From the IMG/VR virus record IMGVR_UViG_3300046542_000074, positions 37,376 to 101,375 of that record: a stretch of DNA of 64,000 nucleotides; one strand, 5' to 3'. Below the pieces are notes generated by a model that ran no database searches, had not been told where the DNA came from, and was given only the letters and a program-made list of their open reading frames with translations. The first letter of the stretch is position 1. The number at the start of each line of letters is the position of its first letter. Made by a program: the position numbers and the translations under genes. Positions 62,292 to 64,000 of the stretch are shown here, one piece after another. The stretch is from a virus.

Positions 62292-63268
62292 TGACAGCAC
62301 CAACGCCGCACTTGCCAGTATTGAAAGTGGTTAGTATCACTGACCTCGGGATCACAGTTGTTGAACTGCCTCAAGGCCGATTCTTGATTGACAGTGAGAT
62401 TGTCACTAACGAGGGATTCAACAGTTACAACCAGAAACGACAAGTAAGTGTACGGGATGTGGACAACATACGTCAGATTCACACAAAGAAAATCATCAGT
62501 AAGTACCAAGATGAGTCTGGTAATGAGATGACAGTAAGTCGGTACGATGACCGAACAACAGAACTACTCTCAAACGCTGAACACTATGATGATGAAGTGC
62601 AATGGAAGAACTTAGACGACGAGTTTGAGTATCGCAGGTTTGTATCTACGTGGAAGCCAGTGTACAAAGAAATAGTTCAATACAGTGAGCCACTTCTGGT
62701 TGAATTCACTTACATCAAACAAGATACAGGCAATCCACACATCACCGCTGGCTTCATGACTAACTCTGGTAGTCCTTTGTACGACTACAACCGAAGTACT
62801 GCTGTCGCTTCTTGTCTTCATGCCAAGTTCAAGTCGCTCGGCATGGAATACAAAGAGGGTGTGAACTATGGTGCCACCGAAGGTAAGAAATTGTATGGCA
62901 ACAGCACTCATTCTGGTCTTGAGTATGTGACTGCCTTCGGTAAGTATATTATCGGTAAGGACTTGGTTCGTAAGACTGTAGGCCAGTTCAAAGGTTCTCT
63001 TGAGCATCTAGAATCAATGTATGAAGCTGATAAGAAATGGATTGACGATCATATTCAAGGTCTGTACAATCTGCACTTCAGAAACGAAGCTGCATCTGGT
63101 GTCTTGATTGGTGAAGTACACAAGAAAATGCTGAATGTACGAGCCTTTGTGAATACAATGGATGTCAAAGTAAAATCGGAAACAAGTAAACGATCAGCCT
63201 TGAAAGTGATTGATGGTTTGATCGATCTGGTTAATAAAGAAATTCTTGAAAATACACAGGAGAGCTAA
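62276..63268 (+). CDS. Hypothetical protein (start may be 62291)
   Basis: 330 aa ORF in operon context. Confidence 0.7.
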   Translation: MESWLMTAPTPHLPVLKVVSITDLGITVVELPQGRFLIDSEIVTNEGFNSYNQKRQVSVRDVDNIRQIHTKKIISKYQDESGNEMTVSRYDDRTTELLSNAEHYDDEVQWKNLDDEFEYRRFVSTWKPVYKEIVQYSEPLLVEFTYIKQDTGNPHITAGFMTNSGSPLYDYNRSTAVASCLHAKFKSLGMEYKEGVNYGATEGKKLYGNSTHSGLEYVTAFGKYIIGKDLVRKTVGQFKGSLEHLESMYEADKKWIDDHIQGLYNLHFRNEAASGVLIGEVHKKMLNVRAFVNTMDVKVKSETSKRSALKVIDGLIDLVNKEILENTQES

Positions 63269-63270
63269 AA

Positions 63271-63684
63271 ATGAATAAAAGTGAATTGCGTACTGGTGAC
63301 TTGATCCTGACTACTATCAAAAATGATGTAGCACCGTTCGGGAAGTTTGTGAAAGTGTACATTGACCATCATAATCGGTATGACGACTTGGTGAGTGGCT
63401 GTACTTGGTTTCCACTAAAGTCGCGAAACGATGAACACCTCTTTGAGTGGGATAAGGTTAATCATTTTGGTGATCAGTTTGTAGAAGTGTGGCGTCCAAA
63501 GGCAAACATTGGTTTCAAAGAAAACATTCCATCGGTCCATACACACGATCTGATCTGGAAGAAAGAGATCAAACCAGTCAATACAGCGAACCAGATTCAA
63601 TTGGAAGCTGTACAACTGAAAGCCTTCGAACTTAACGAAGAGATTACTCGCCTACAACAACTGATTGCCGGAGAACAAGCATGA
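63271..63684 (+). CDS. Hypothetical protein
   Basis: AGGAG RBS; ELRTGD...LIW.. plus coiled coil. Confidence 0.7.
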   Translation: MNKSELRTGDLILTTIKNDVAPFGKFVKVYIDHHNRYDDLVSGCTWFPLKSRNDEHLFEWDKVNHFGDQFVEVWRPKANIGFKENIPSVHTHDLIWKKEIKPVNTANQIQLEAVQLKAFELNEEITRLQQLIAGEQA

Positions 63685-63947
63685 CCACTGTAGTTAAGAT
63701 TGATACAACTGTCGCACCAGAGGGTGATGAGGGTATCTTTGTACCGGGCAACTTGGTCCGTTATGTGAAAGACACTAGCGTTGTAGTCATGGTTATTTCA
63801 AGTGAGCACGACTACAAAGGCAGCGATTTGTTTTCGGGGATTGCAATCGCTGGCTCACTTCATGATTTGTTTGATTACGACTATACTTGGGATAAAGATA
63901 GTTTTGAACAGTTTGTGGGTACTGTCACTCTTACAGGGAGTTTGTAA
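63681..63947 (+). CDS. Hypothetical protein
   Basis: ATGA overlap; FEQF.GTVTL C-terminus. Confidence 0.65.
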   Translation: MTTVVKIDTTVAPEGDEGIFVPGNLVRYVKDTSVVVMVISSEHDYKGSDLFSGIAIAGSLHDLFDYDYTWDKDSFEQFVGTVTLTGSL

Positions 63948-64000
63948 TGGATCAGAATATTTGGGAATTGTTTATAGATGATCCAGCACACTGTGCAGTT

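Noticed and set aside
1-64000. tRNA genes, CRISPR arrays, integrase/lysogeny module, alternative genetic code
   Set aside because: No cloverleaf with a T-loop consensus, repeat-spacer array or recombinase motif was seen by eye. Genes read through normally in the standard code.

Overview
A 64 kb segment of a tailed dsDNA bacteriophage with a siphovirus-type, lambda/T1-like tail. The host is probably a gammaproteobacterium; the tail-tip and fibre genes look Pseudomonas-like (inference only). No integrase, repressor, tRNA, rRNA or CRISPR array is visible. Layout: (1) 1-27.8 kb, + strand: virion and lysis genes (terminase C-terminus, portal, S49 protease/scaffold, decoration, capsid, neck, tail tube, G/GT chaperones with a -1 frameshift, tape measure, M/L/K/I/J tail tip, fibres, SAR endolysin, holin candidate, spanins). 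(2) 27.9-32.1 kb, - strand: accessory operon ending in an Rnl2 RNA ligase. (3) 32.1-32.84 kb: divergent sigma70 promoter region holding a ~400 nt, highly structured, apparently non-coding transcript. (4) 32.8-64 kb, + strand: early, replication and nucleotide-metabolism genes (primase-helicase, split family A DNA polymerase, SSB, nucleases, dUTPase, ThyX, glutaredoxin, NrdB/NrdA) plus a TelA-vWA-TerC-TerD cluster. Strongest leads: the structured RNA with many G-U pairs at 32.21-32.62 kb; a PolA gene cut between motifs A and B by an intron-less HNH gene with matched His codons at both junctions; a primase-helicase lacking its zinc-binding domain; a Ter module next to a class Id-like RNR; and a virion protein built from nested repeats. 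All family assignments come from motif recognition by eye; no database searches or folding programs were run.
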